Virus record (IMG/VR): IMGVR_UViG_3300044452_000142
Coordinates: 1 to 46,762 of that record
Direction: 5' to 3' (one strand)
DNA length: 46,762 nt
From: a virus
Lineage: Duplodnaviria; Caudoviricetes
The notes below the pieces were generated by a model, which worked only from the letters and a program-made list of their open reading frames with translations, was not told the DNA's origin and searched no databases. Of the stretch, positions 15,675 to 25,202 are shown piece after piece. Position 1 is the first letter of the stretch; each line of letters opens with the position of its first letter. The position numbers and the translations under genes were made by a program.

Positions 15675-15955
15675 CTGAAAAATCTGTAGAATTTTTTTTG
15701 TCGAGCGAAGTTACTAAACGCGGGGGCTTTTGTTTGAAGTTAGACCCGCGTAATTACAAAGGGTTGCCCGATAGATTGGTGATATTGCCCAGCCGAATTA
15801 TTTTTTTTGAGGTTAAAAAACCGCGGCGCGGCGTTGTTTCTGAGACGCAAAAATGGTGGAATAAAAAAATTACAGATTTTGAACATGAGTGCTATATTGT
15901 TAAAGAAAAACAACAGGTTATCGAAATACTTGACAAAAACATTAATTCAATTTAA
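15668..15955 (+). CDS. VRR-NUC domain nuclease
   Basis: EKSVE...GLPDRLV...FFEVK...Q motif. Confidence 0.88.
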   Translation: MSTEKSVEFFLSSEVTKRGGFCLKLDPRNYKGLPDRLVILPSRIIFFEVKKPRRGVVSETQKWWNKKITDFEHECYIVKEKQQVIEILDKNINSI

Positions 15956-15958
15956 AGT
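15930..15958 (+). promoter_or_regulatory. Promoter for the helicase/primase genes
   Basis: TTGACA-17-TAAAGT. Confidence 0.6.
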
Positions 15959-15995
15959 ACCTATCATTTAAAACCCGCCACAGGAAACATGATAT

Positions 15996-17393
15996 ATGCG
16001 CACCGTTGACGACTTGCGGTCCGATCAACAATCATGCATTGATGAATTGTACGCCAATGATCGCGCCTACGTTGTGATGCGGATGGGCGGGGGCAAAACG
16101 GCTACGTGTTTGACTGCGATAGCGGAACTTATCCGAGACGGCCATAGGTGCAAAGCGATTGTCATGGCCCCGCCATTGGTGGCAACGACAGTCTGGCCCG
16201 CCGAACCAAAAAAATGGAATCACCTCTCGCATCTTAACGTTGTCGCTCTTGTTGGATCGCCAGCTAAACGGTTAGCCACGTTACAAAAATCTAACGCGGA
16301 CATATTCACAGTGAGCGACGGCGTGTGCAAGTGGCTTGTCGATTATCTCTTGTCTTTGGAAAAAGATCACCCGCTCCGCGATATCTTTGTTTACGACGAA
16401 CCGAAACTAAAAAACCCTCGTGGAGTTATCGGCAAAAATTTAAAAAAATTGGTTCGTCACGTAAAAACAATGTGGAAATTTTCAGGGACGCCAAGGCCAA
16501 ACGGCTATGAGGATTTATTTTTGCCCGCCGCAATTCTGAAACCCGATTTGTGGGGAACGAATTTTGACAAGTGGCGCTGGAAAAACTTCATGCCGATGGA
16601 CCGCTACGGTTACCGGTGGGAAGTTCATGATTTTCGTGTTCAGCAACTTGATAGAGACGTCAAAAAATTTATGTTCCGCGCTGCCGAGCCAAAAGATACA
16701 CAAGAAGGAACACTGACAAGCGGGGTTGAACAAGATTTTGAGTTTGATTTGCCGCCTGTCGTGCAGAAACAATATAAAAAAATGGAAAGAGACTTGATCG
16801 CTAGCCTTCAAAAAGATGGTGAGGATGTGACAATTGCCGCGTTTTCTCAAGCAATCGCATCTTCAAAATTGTCACAGATTGTTCAAGGTTTTTTGTATGA
16901 TGAAGAAAAAACCGCGCACGAAATTCACAGCTTGAAAACGGATATTCTAAATTATCAACTGGGCGCCATAGGATCCGAAGCTGTTGCAATCTGTTATGGG
17001 TTTCATGCAGACGCTGATCGAATAGAAAATTTGCTAAAAACTCAAGGCCGAAAATACGGCAAGCTTGGTCATGGTGTTAGCCTGCACCAAAAAATAAAGC
17101 ATATAGAACAGTGGAATGAAGGGAAGCTAGACAATTTACTTTTGCACCCAGCAGCCGCTGGCCACGGCATTGAAGCACAATTTGGGGGTCGGCGGATTAT
17201 TTGGTATTGCCCGACGTGGTCGCCTGAGCAATACGACCAGACGATCAAACGTTTTGATAGACCGGGCCAAAGATCACAAGTGTTTAGCCATCAAATCATT
17301 GCGCGAAAAACAGTTGACGTTGTCAAGCGCGCACGCGTTGAATTTAAAATCTCTAGTCAAGCATCTTTTAAAAGCCTACTGGATACGTTATGA
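15996..17393 (+). CDS. SNF2-like SF2 helicase
   Basis: MGGGKT Walker A, VYDE, SGTP, GHGIEAQ and QTIKRFDRPGQ motifs. Confidence 0.9.
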   Translation: MRTVDDLRSDQQSCIDELYANDRAYVVMRMGGGKTATCLTAIAELIRDGHRCKAIVMAPPLVATTVWPAEPKKWNHLSHLNVVALVGSPAKRLATLQKSNADIFTVSDGVCKWLVDYLLSLEKDHPLRDIFVYDEPKLKNPRGVIGKNLKKLVRHVKTMWKFSGTPRPNGYEDLFLPAAILKPDLWGTNFDKWRWKNFMPMDRYGYRWEVHDFRVQQLDRDVKKFMFRAAEPKDTQEGTLTSGVEQDFEFDLPPVVQKQYKKMERDLIASLQKDGEDVTIAAFSQAIASSKLSQIVQGFLYDEEKTAHEIHSLKTDILNYQLGAIGSEAVAICYGFHADADRIENLLKTQGRKYGKLGHGVSLHQKIKHIEQWNEGKLDNLLLHPAAAGHGIEAQFGGRRIIWYCPTWSPEQYDQTIKRFDRPGQRSQVFSHQIIARKTVDVVKRARVEFKISSQASFKSLLDTL

Positions 17394-19825
17394 ATGATTT
17401 TCGCTCAAAAAACGCGCAAGCGCAAACTGATATCCGACTTAAACTTTTGGCCAACGGCTTTGTCCCGACACCAAACCACGACAAACGATGCTTCTTCTCC
17501 GGATGGAACAAGTTTAAACCCGATCAAGAATTAATTAAATCTTGGTCTAACGTACTTGGCTATCAAGCAACTGGCATTCGTATTCAAGACGGACTATGCG
17601 CAATTGATTTAGACATTGACGATAGAGAAATTGTCGATTCTATTTGGGGCCGCGCTATCGAATTGTATCCGCAGCTACGCGACGCACTAGTCCGATACGG
17701 AAAAGGCGAAAAAGAACTTTGGCTTTGTCGGGTTGACGAACATTTTAGCGTCATCTTTTCGTCGTCTTTTTGTTGCCCAAACACCGATCCCGAAAAAGAT
17801 GATGTAATTCTACATCGTTTGGAAGCTTTTGGCGGCGGCCACACACGACAAATTGGTTGCTTTGGAGCGCACACGCTAAGAGAAGACAAACAGGGATTTG
17901 AAATAGAATACACATGGGATAAAGGCGAAAGTCCGCTGGAGGTAGAATTTTCTGGCCTTCCGATTTTAAAGAAAGATCACGTTCTCAACATCGCAACAAT
18001 TGCATACGAAGAGTTTGAAAAAGCTGGTTGGCGTAGGGTGTCGAATTTAAAAGGCGGCAACGAAGTTGAGGTATCAGTAAAATATGAATTAACCGACAAA
18101 ATGTCTTTTGATTGTTTAGACGGCGTCACACGAAATTTAGACGAACTGGCTGAATATGCGAAGTCTGACAAAAATCCTCGATGTTCCGCATCATGGGTCG
18201 GTGATGATCGTTTCAAAAACCGTCAACGTTGTCTTGTTGGCATAGATCACAGAGGCGTGGTTTTCATTTTAGAAACAGCCGACTGGGTTAAATACAAGCC
18301 GATTGACAAAGAAGATACCACTATTCAGAACTACGCTAAAGCGCTTACAGCGAAAGTCGAAGAAAAAAAATTTGATTCAGAAACCTATCCAAGCGCGTCT
18401 AAAGTATTTCAAAACCGTGTTATGCAGATATTAAGCCAATGGGCATGGTGCGGTTCGCGTAAATCTCCTTGCCTTCCGATCTATGGTCTTGAAGAACTTT
18501 CCCAAACTGTTGGCAATTTAAAAATATCAAATATTCGATATGACACTGAAGTTGAATTAGAAAGCGGAAAAACTAAAAGGGTCAGTCCGGTCGATGTGTG
18601 GCTTTGTCACAAAGGCCGCCAAGACGTTGATGGATATCGCTACATACCCGACAGAGAACCCGGTATCTATACGACTGAAGAAAATACTCGCGCAATTAAT
18701 AGCTATCGTGCGCCGCAACGTGTTCACGTCGGCGAACAAGAATCGGCTGATTTTGTAGCGCTTTGGCTTGAGTTCATGGAACATCTTGTTCCGTCCGCAA
18801 CCGAAAGAAATTGGTTTTTAGATTGGCTGGCACACAAGATTCAAAACCCGACTGTGCCGGGCGTAGCAATCTTAATGGTGACAAAGTCATTCGGCACAGG
18901 TCGCGGTACACTATTTGATATCATTAGCAATATTTTTGGCGAAACAAATGTCAAATCGGTTAGCGCTGAAGAATTGCTCGGCACCGGGGGTTCGCAAAGT
19001 CAATACACAGACTGGATAGTTAATACTCTTTTTGTGGTTTCCGAAGAGATTTTGCCGAAGGGAAACGACGGTGACTTAACAGTATGGCGGCGACAAAGAG
19101 CCTATGACGGAATTAGAGAACGTGTCGATCCTCGAATGCGTCGAACACGCGTCATTCGAAAGACGCTTCCCAATTATGATGAATGGGTCTATGCAAGTTT
19201 TTTACTAGCAACAAACCATGAAAACGCTTTACCCATTCCTGAAAATGATCGGCGTTTCACGATCATCACAAATACCAAAACGCCGCTAAAACAAAACAAT
19301 AGCTTGTATAAGAGAATTAACGCACATAGAAACCCTAAACCCTGCCCGCGTTTTGCGTCTGCATTAGCTAACTGGTTATTGGAACGCGACGTCTCAAACT
19401 TTGATGCATTTGAGCCGCCTTCCTTTGCTGGCAAAGAACGTATGCTCCAATCAAACGCGACTGAAATTGATAACGTGATTGAAGATGTTTTTGAAAATAT
19501 GCCATATGAATGGGCAACACAAGAATCAATTTTAAAACGAATTGAAGCCGAGTTACGTACTCAAAACATTCTAGAGTCATATCCAAAATGGCGAACGATC
19601 TCAATCAGCCGCATCAAAAATTCATGGCATCAGTTAACAAGGGCGTTTATAGATGAAGATCGCAAAAAGAAAGTATCAATTATACTGCGCGATAGCGATT
19701 TTGAAAAAGATTTTAAGGCTATGTCGCCAGCAGATCGCGCTGCCCAATACAAAAAATTAAACGATCCAAACGTGGGGCCGTCCGCCGAAATAAAAGCTTC
19801 GCGAAAAGGCTTAACGTCTGTTTAG
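17390..19825 (+). CDS. Primase-polymerase/helicase (Prim-Pol N-terminus plus DUF5906-like NTPase)
   Basis: AIDLDID primase motif; GTGRGT P-loop, VSEE, ATNHENAL and DRRF. Confidence 0.85.
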   Translation: MNDFRSKNAQAQTDIRLKLLANGFVPTPNHDKRCFFSGWNKFKPDQELIKSWSNVLGYQATGIRIQDGLCAIDLDIDDREIVDSIWGRAIELYPQLRDALVRYGKGEKELWLCRVDEHFSVIFSSSFCCPNTDPEKDDVILHRLEAFGGGHTRQIGCFGAHTLREDKQGFEIEYTWDKGESPLEVEFSGLPILKKDHVLNIATIAYEEFEKAGWRRVSNLKGGNEVEVSVKYELTDKMSFDCLDGVTRNLDELAEYAKSDKNPRCSASWVGDDRFKNRQRCLVGIDHRGVVFILETADWVKYKPIDKEDTTIQNYAKALTAKVEEKKFDSETYPSASKVFQNRVMQILSQWAWCGSRKSPCLPIYGLEELSQTVGNLKISNIRYDTEVELESGKTKRVSPVDVWLCHKGRQDVDGYRYIPDREPGIYTTEENTRAINSYRAPQRVHVGEQESADFVALWLEFMEHLVPSATERNWFLDWLAHKIQNPTVPGVAILMVTKSFGTGRGTLFDIISNIFGETNVKSVSAEELLGTGGSQSQYTDWIVNTLFVVSEEILPKGNDGDLTVWRRQRAYDGIRERVDPRMRRTRVIRKTLPNYDEWVYASFLLATNHENALPIPENDRRFTIITNTKTPLKQNNSLYKRINAHRNPKPCPRFASALANWLLERDVSNFDAFEPPSFAGKERMLQSNATEIDNVIEDVFENMPYEWATQESILKRIEAELRTQNILESYPKWRTISISRIKNSWHQLTRAFIDEDRKKKVSIILRDSDFEKDFKAMSPADRAAQYKKLNDPNVGPSAEIKASRKGLTSV

Positions 19826-20226
19826 GTTTCATCTTCAGGAAACCAATCATTTTCTTGTAGATATGTCATGTCTACTTCTTGCCAATCACTCGGGAATATT
19901 AACAAAATAGGTATATCGACTATTAGATTACCTTCGTCATCGTAAGAGTTTGCGATAATTTGCTTTTTGTCATTCATTTCTATTTGTGTTAAATACAAAT
20001 TATCGAAATAATGGTCGATGCTATCGCCATTATTTATACTATCTCTGATAAAAGCGTTAACCGAAATTGTTGAATTTTCGTCTACAATGGCACATCCTAA
20101 ATCATCTTTCTCATACCAACCGAATATGTATTTGGTTACGTTTTCTGTTATGTCAGGCTGTGTCAATTTGTACGCCAAACTGCTACATATTTTAATACGT
20201 TCCAAAGAACTAACATAATATTTCAT
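19822..20226 (-). CDS. Acidic hypothetical protein
   Basis: GAGGGG RBS; 134 aa; AT-rich. Confidence 0.72.
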   Translation of the reverse strand: MKYYVSSLERIKICSSLAYKLTQPDITENVTKYIFGWYEKDDLGCAIVDENSTISVNAFIRDSINNGDSIDHYFDNLYLTQIEMNDKKQIIANSYDDEGNLIVDIPILLIFPSDWQEVDMTYLQENDWFPEDET

Positions 20227-20264
20227 GAGTAACCCCTCATTACGATTGCGATTGCGATAAATAA

Positions 20265-21560
20265 TTAATATACCTCGTAATATGTATTTATGTCGCTATG
20301 CAGCGCTTGTCTTTCTTGAGTTGTTAAATTTCTATCAAAAATGATAATTTCTTGCAATGTGCCTTCAAAATGAAATTGATCACTAGGGAAGTTACCAAAA
20401 TTAAAAGTATTCCAACTTGATACATTAGCGCCTTGGTGATTTACAATATTTTGAGTTTGCCCTAAAAAATTATAAATATCATCTCTTGTTGTTCCTGTAA
20501 ACAAAGTATTGTTTTTATAAAGGTTAGGGTTACCATAGTTATTTATAATTGAGGTTGATTGGGAATTTTGTTGGACAACAAATCCGTAAGTACCCCCAAC
20601 AATACTATTCGTTCCAAAAGGGTAAATAGTGCTACCAAAATCATGCCTAATTACAAAATACGCATCAATATTTGAACGCCCTGCAACATTAGGCATAAAC
20701 AAATGATTATGAGATACATCAAAGACCATAGCAGGCTTGCCATTTTCTTTACTCACTTCACCGCTTGCTACGTCATATATTTTAGGCTGCGCGTCTGCAA
20801 CAGTTTGTGTAGCGTGATTATTGTTTCCGCTTTGATCGTATAATGTGGCTACGAAACAATCGCTAGCGCCGCCTGCTGTACGTGGTTGGTAGGGCAAAAG
20901 ATTAGAGCTTTTGGTTAGCTGAGGCGCAAAGACTTCAACAGAAAAGCCTGACGCAACATATATATCAAATCTTACTCCCGTTTGATTGTTTTGAAAAAGG
21001 CGTGTTACATTTACCCTACGCCATTCTGCATCATTTTGTGACAAATTAATTACAGAACTCTCTACAACGCCACTTCCAGATCGGAATACTCTTAACTTAT
21101 TACCTGAAGAACTTGAATTTCTATAATAGAGACTACCGTTAAACTGATCTCCGTTAAAAATATCTTGCAAAACAATCTGACTTAAAATTTTTTCACCTCC
21201 AGACGCTGAAAATCTATAAGCACCGTTGCCCCCAAAAGGATCGCTTATACCGCTTTGCAAATTTCCAGTTCCGCTGCCAAAAGTATTCCAAATATTGTTA
21301 TTTAAATCCTCCGTATACCCCAGCAAATTATAACCGCCAAGATCATTAATCGCTTGTTCATCAATATTACCGCCAACAAACGCTATATCTGTTTCAGCAT
21401 TGTCACTTGCACGCCTAATGCGCATACATTTATTGGCAAAATCCGTAAGCTTTCTCCCCGCCGACAACGCAACGATAGCGTCTTCATACAAATCAAGACC
21501 GCCAGAAAACCCGTGTCGAACAACTGATCCTGTATGCGGCGATATCCCGTGCTGTTTCAT
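20265..21560 (-). CDS. Concanavalin/LamG-like beta-sandwich protein, probable receptor-binding or decoration protein
   Basis: RIRRASDNAETDIAF and LYDQSGNNNHATQ...QP...FEGTLQEIIIFDRNL motifs; CBM-like insert. Confidence 0.7.
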   Translation of the reverse strand: MKQHGISPHTGSVVRHGFSGGLDLYEDAIVALSAGRKLTDFANKCMRIRRASDNAETDIAFVGGNIDEQAINDLGGYNLLGYTEDLNNNIWNTFGSGTGNLQSGISDPFGGNGAYRFSASGGEKILSQIVLQDIFNGDQFNGSLYYRNSSSSGNKLRVFRSGSGVVESSVINLSQNDAEWRRVNVTRLFQNNQTGVRFDIYVASGFSVEVFAPQLTKSSNLLPYQPRTAGGASDCFVATLYDQSGNNNHATQTVADAQPKIYDVASGEVSKENGKPAMVFDVSHNHLFMPNVAGRSNIDAYFVIRHDFGSTIYPFGTNSIVGGTYGFVVQQNSQSTSIINNYGNPNLYKNNTLFTGTTRDDIYNFLGQTQNIVNHQGANVSSWNTFNFGNFPSDQFHFEGTLQEIIIFDRNLTTQERQALHSDINTYYEVY

Positions 21561-21793
21561 ACGTGAATCCGTGCAAACGCGTGGTCGCCTGAACCAAAAG
21601 CTGTCTTGTAATACACAGTCAAACCGGAAGAAAATTTGATACTGTCGCCGGTTTCAACAACCACGCCATATTCTTCTTGGTCGTTCGGCACGGACCCCGA
21701 ATGAAAGTTAACGGTTCCTTTTCGGACCATCCAAACTTCGTTATGAGTAAGCGTGACATTTTGCCAAGATGTTGTCGCTGAAGTCAAAGCCAT
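21557..21793 (-). CDS. Small hypothetical virion-associated protein
   Basis: 78 aa; ATGA coupling to the downstream gene. Confidence 0.7.
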   Translation of the reverse strand: MALTSATTSWQNVTLTHNEVWMVRKGTVNFHSGSVPNDQEEYGVVVETGDSIKFSSGLTVYYKTAFGSGDHAFARIHV

Positions 21794-21807
21794 AATTCAC
21801 CGATCCT

Positions 21808-22104
21808 TTACTTTTCAATCTTGTTCAAGATATTTTTTAAGAGGTCGTTGTGCGTTTCATTGTATCTTTTAAGATCTGCAAACTCATTTCTCAACAAAGC
21901 TAAATGCCTGTTTATGTCTTCGTGCATATTTTGTAAATCAACACGCCGGACATAATCTTCTTTAACTTTTTCTATTTTTTCTTGTAAAAGTCTATCTCCT
22001 GATGATATGCGTTGAGAAAGATTGCGAAAAGCCGCTATGCAAAACCCCGCAGCCGTAATAAAGATACCGATAAAATATTTAATCAACGCGAAATCCTCCA
22101 TCAT
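21808..22104 (-). CDS. Single-TM plus coiled-coil protein (holin/antiholin candidate)
   Basis: GGAGG RBS; N-terminal hydrophobic helix; lies in the lysis cassette. Confidence 0.55.
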   Translation of the reverse strand: MMEDFALIKYFIGIFITAAGFCIAAFRNLSQRISSGDRLLQEKIEKVKEDYVRRVDLQNMHEDINRHLALLRNEFADLKRYNETHNDLLKNILNKIEK

Positions 22105-22328
22105 CAATCCTCCAAGCACGCCCTTAATTCTTCACGCACCACCCCATAATCACTAATCATAGACGCTACTACGGAATTAACGGGTAAGGATTCAAGTTCA
22201 TTCGCTGCCTGCCGTTGTATCTCAAGACTATAATCTTTCGGTATCGGGCAAACAACCTCAGAAGGTGCCGTCGCGCAGCCGCTTAATAACAGACTGGCGG
22301 TCAGTCCGCGTATTAGCCCTAGCCTCAC
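22104..22328 (-). CDS. Rz1-like outer-membrane spanin lipoprotein
   Basis: Lipobox LLLSGC; overlaps the upstream TM gene; GTG start after GAGG. Confidence 0.72.
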   Translation of the reverse strand: MRLGLIRGLTASLLLSGCATAPSEVVCPIPKDYSLEIQRQAANELESLPVNSVVASMISDYGVVREELRACLED

Positions 22329-22476
22329 GCATCCTCTTTTGCGTTGCACTAACATTTTCTACCTTTTTAATTTTTTCAGAAAGAGCGCCGTTGCGCCGCG
22401 TTGAAAAAATAAACAAAACTAACAAAAACCCTATCGTTATATAAGGCCATAACTTTTTTGTTACCCAGGTAATCAA
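22258..22476 (-). CDS. Rz-like inner-membrane spanin
   Basis: N-terminal TM plus helical tail ending RLRDGTF; directly after the endolysin. Confidence 0.7.
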   Translation of the reverse strand: MITWVTKKLWPYITIGFLLVLFIFSTRRNGALSEKIKKVENVSATQKRMREARANTRTDRQSVIKRLRDGTF

Positions 22477-23360
22477 CGGATTTCCTTTTCAAAATCGTCT
22501 TTTCGAGCATTTTCTATCCGTTCTGTTTGATAGTTAGAATACAAAACAAAACCAATTGCTGCTATTAGAGAAGTAAGTAGAACAATTGGCGACCAATTGC
22601 TAACTATTTGCGCAATGCCATCAATAGGTTTTACCACGTGGTCTATTGCCCGAACGGATGCAGCAAGAGCTGTAAAACTCATTACGCCTGCTTTAGCCCC
22701 GCGCTGTTTACGAACCGCGTCCATTGTTCGGCTCTCGTTAAGATCACGACGCGGGAAACTTTCAAAAGCTCTTTTCGCGCCACGCAAATACGCTTTGGCT
22801 AATGCGACTTTTTCACTTTGTTCATCTGTTGCGCTCAAATCGGCCTTATTTGATCCAAAAAACGGCTCAACGAGAATAGCTGGCGCTTTGCCAGAAAACA
22901 AAGAGCCACCCCCGCGATCCTGTTCTCTTAACGTTTTTACGCCGCGGTCGCGCGTATTTAAGGTGGCAACAATTTCGTTTTGAACTTCTGCTGCAAGGCG
23001 CAGCGACAAAGCAGTTCCACTTGACAAAACTTCCGACCCAGTTGCCGTCGGGTCATCTGCGCTATTAAAATGCAGTTCTATTGACGCATCTGCACCCCAA
23101 TTGTCTACTTCTGCGTACACACGCGCAATCTCGTTACGATATCCGCCGCCATCAGTTCGTTTAAAGATGCGCATGTCAATGTCAAAAAAATCTGCGTGCT
23201 CCGCCATGATATTTGCCAGATCGCTATTCCAAGCAAACTCAGTCACGCCGACATCCGACGGAGCCGTGCCATCTGACAAATTTAATGATAGTTGCCCTTT
23301 TCGTATCGCTCCTTGCGAAACGCTATTATGACCAACGACAACGGCTAGTCTCTTTCTCAT
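22473..23360 (-). CDS. Endolysin, N-acetylmuramoyl-L-alanine amidase (Amidase_3)
   Basis: VVGH...E...SIELHFNS...AILVEPFF zinc/catalytic motifs; hydrophobic C-terminus. Confidence 0.9.
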   Translation of the reverse strand: MRKRLAVVVGHNSVSQGAIRKGQLSLNLSDGTAPSDVGVTEFAWNSDLANIMAEHADFFDIDMRIFKRTDGGGYRNEIARVYAEVDNWGADASIELHFNSADDPTATGSEVLSSGTALSLRLAAEVQNEIVATLNTRDRGVKTLREQDRGGGSLFSGKAPAILVEPFFGSNKADLSATDEQSEKVALAKAYLRGAKRAFESFPRRDLNESRTMDAVRKQRGAKAGVMSFTALAASVRAIDHVVKPIDGIAQIVSNWSPIVLLTSLIAAIGFVLYSNYQTERIENARKDDFEKEIR

Positions 23361-23369
23361 GCTAAACCT

Positions 23370-24005
23370 CTATTCAAACGGCTTAAAACCAAACGCATCG
23401 TCTAATTCCGTATCTGAAACGTTAAGCATTGTAGCTAAAGCTTCTATCAACGTATCCATCCTTCCAATGTTTTTCCTTGATCGCGTATCAATTCTGTATG
23501 ATAGTTGTCTTACTTCTGGCGCGTTGTTAATCGCAAGACCAACAATATTTGGAATCTCTAGCCCAGCCGCCCACTTTTCGGCCTCTTCGTTACTTAACCA
23601 TTCTTTTTCAGCAACTTTTTTTGCAAATTCAGCGCGTTCAAGAAAAGCGGTTTCTCTCCATTCTTCTCGATGTTTTTGTTCATTATAAACCCATTCGCCA
23701 TTTTCTGCAAAGTGGTTTTCCGACGGTCGTTCCAAAAACAAAACGTCTGAAGGAATAGAGCCTATCTCTTTGACTTCATGTTCTTCTCCGTCTGGCGTCC
23801 AATATTTTAAACCGCGATGATCTTCTTCAATATGCCATTCGGTATTATTAACAAATACAGCAACCTCTTTCTCGCCCGTGTTTGGCGGCGCAATATCTGT
23901 TGCGTTTGCAGGGATTAACCATTCTTCTGAATTAAGCGGCGACTGATCTGCTTGACTTATCCCCGCATATTCGCCAGTAACTGCGTTGTAATTGTAAATT
24001 TGCAT
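23370..24005 (-). CDS. Tail fibre assembly chaperone (Tfa-like)
   Basis: IYNYNAVTGEY...LIPANATDIAPP...W...DHRG motif. Confidence 0.85.
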   Translation of the reverse strand: MQIYNYNAVTGEYAGISQADQSPLNSEEWLIPANATDIAPPNTGEKEVAVFVNNTEWHIEEDHRGLKYWTPDGEEHEVKEIGSIPSDVLFLERPSENHFAENGEWVYNEQKHREEWRETAFLERAEFAKKVAEKEWLSNEEAEKWAAGLEIPNIVGLAINNAPEVRQLSYRIDTRSRKNIGRMDTLIEALATMLNVSDTELDDAFGFKPFE

Positions 24006-24018
24006 TGTTACTTTTCCA

Positions 24019-25200
24019 TTAATATTTGATACAAGCAAGCAAAGCTACGTTACGGGGACGTGTTTCTGAGGAACCTACATTAGTAGTCACTAAGGTTTTG
24101 TCTATATGGTTACCGCCACTACCCACCCCGCCCATATAAGCCCTAACATTGCTGCTAAACCCTGATCGATCGTTATAATTTGATCCTGCCGGTTTGTGAT
24201 GCACGTATATGCTATGACCGTGCTCGTATAGCTCATGGTTTTGAAATGTTGCAAACCCTCTACCACTATCCGCTCCACGACTGTCATCCCATCCACGAAT
24301 AAATTCTCCGCGTAAGTCCGGCAATTGAAAAGTTGTCGATCCATCCCCTGCACCGAACGTCGTTCCGATTGCAGCAAACAAATCAGAATACGTTATTCTA
24401 GATATTGTTGCGCCATTAGCTTTGAGCCACCCTGTTGGTGCAGTATTCATTGCAAACATTGCAGTCTGCCCCGGCATTGCGCCTGCAGGCCCTGTTGGCC
24501 CGACGTCCCCCCGCGGGACGCCAAAAGCAAAGTTATTCGTATTGCCGTCGTAAGAAGCGGTTGCCGAACTTCCCGGGGCTAACGTAGTCGCAGACGCTGT
24601 AGACGCTTGAAATTCTGCTAATGACGTCGCAGCCTCTGTTGCACTTGTTGCGGCATTTGTTGCCGACGTGGCCGCGTTTTCGGCATACGTTTGCGCATTC
24701 GCTATTTCGTCGCCGTCCAGGCCGGGGACAATGTTGCCGTTCGCGTCCCACATTAAAATTTCGCTGTCATTGCCGATCAATATCTCGCCTACCTGATTGC
24801 CCGGCTGCGCTATTGGTGTTCGATCAAAAAGCCCTTTAAGTTGACGTACCATTGACGTTGTTTTGTCAACGGTATTTTCAATTTCACTCAAAGTTGTAGA
24901 CGTTTGATCGCTAAATGGACGATCTTGCGACAACGTGATATCGGGCTCAATTGTTAACGTTGCTCCGGCCGGCAATCTATCGCCGGCAACTAACGTAATT
25001 TGCCGTCCCGTGTCTTGATTAACGCCCGCAACCGTATAGTCTGTCGTTCGCGCTAGCACTGTTAACGTATCATCAGCGTTTTTGCGGACTACTTTTAGTT
25101 CAGTCTCCTCGTAAATACGAAAACCATAATCAAACTGAAGCGTTGCACCGTTGCCGGCATACGGGCCAGATATGAACGGTTCGGTTACAGGTATCGTCAT
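24019..25200 (-). CDS. Tail fibre with collar domain
   Basis: N-terminal YAGNG adaptor; APTGWLKANGA...TFQLPDLRGEFIRGWD; ETRPRNVALLACIKY. Confidence 0.92.
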   Translation of the reverse strand: MTIPVTEPFISGPYAGNGATLQFDYGFRIYEETELKVVRKNADDTLTVLARTTDYTVAGVNQDTGRQITLVAGDRLPAGATLTIEPDITLSQDRPFSDQTSTTLSEIENTVDKTTSMVRQLKGLFDRTPIAQPGNQVGEILIGNDSEILMWDANGNIVPGLDGDEIANAQTYAENAATSATNAATSATEAATSLAEFQASTASATTLAPGSSATASYDGNTNNFAFGVPRGDVGPTGPAGAMPGQTAMFAMNTAPTGWLKANGATISRITYSDLFAAIGTTFGAGDGSTTFQLPDLRGEFIRGWDDSRGADSGRGFATFQNHELYEHGHSIYVHHKPAGSNYNDRSGFSSNVRAYMGGVGSGGNHIDKTLVTTNVGSSETRPRNVALLACIKY

Positions 25201-25202
25201 GA

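Noticed and set aside
20265-25200. Diversity-generating retroelement, given the BPP-1-like head genes
   Set aside because: I saw no reverse transcriptase and no template/variable repeat pair differing at adenines.
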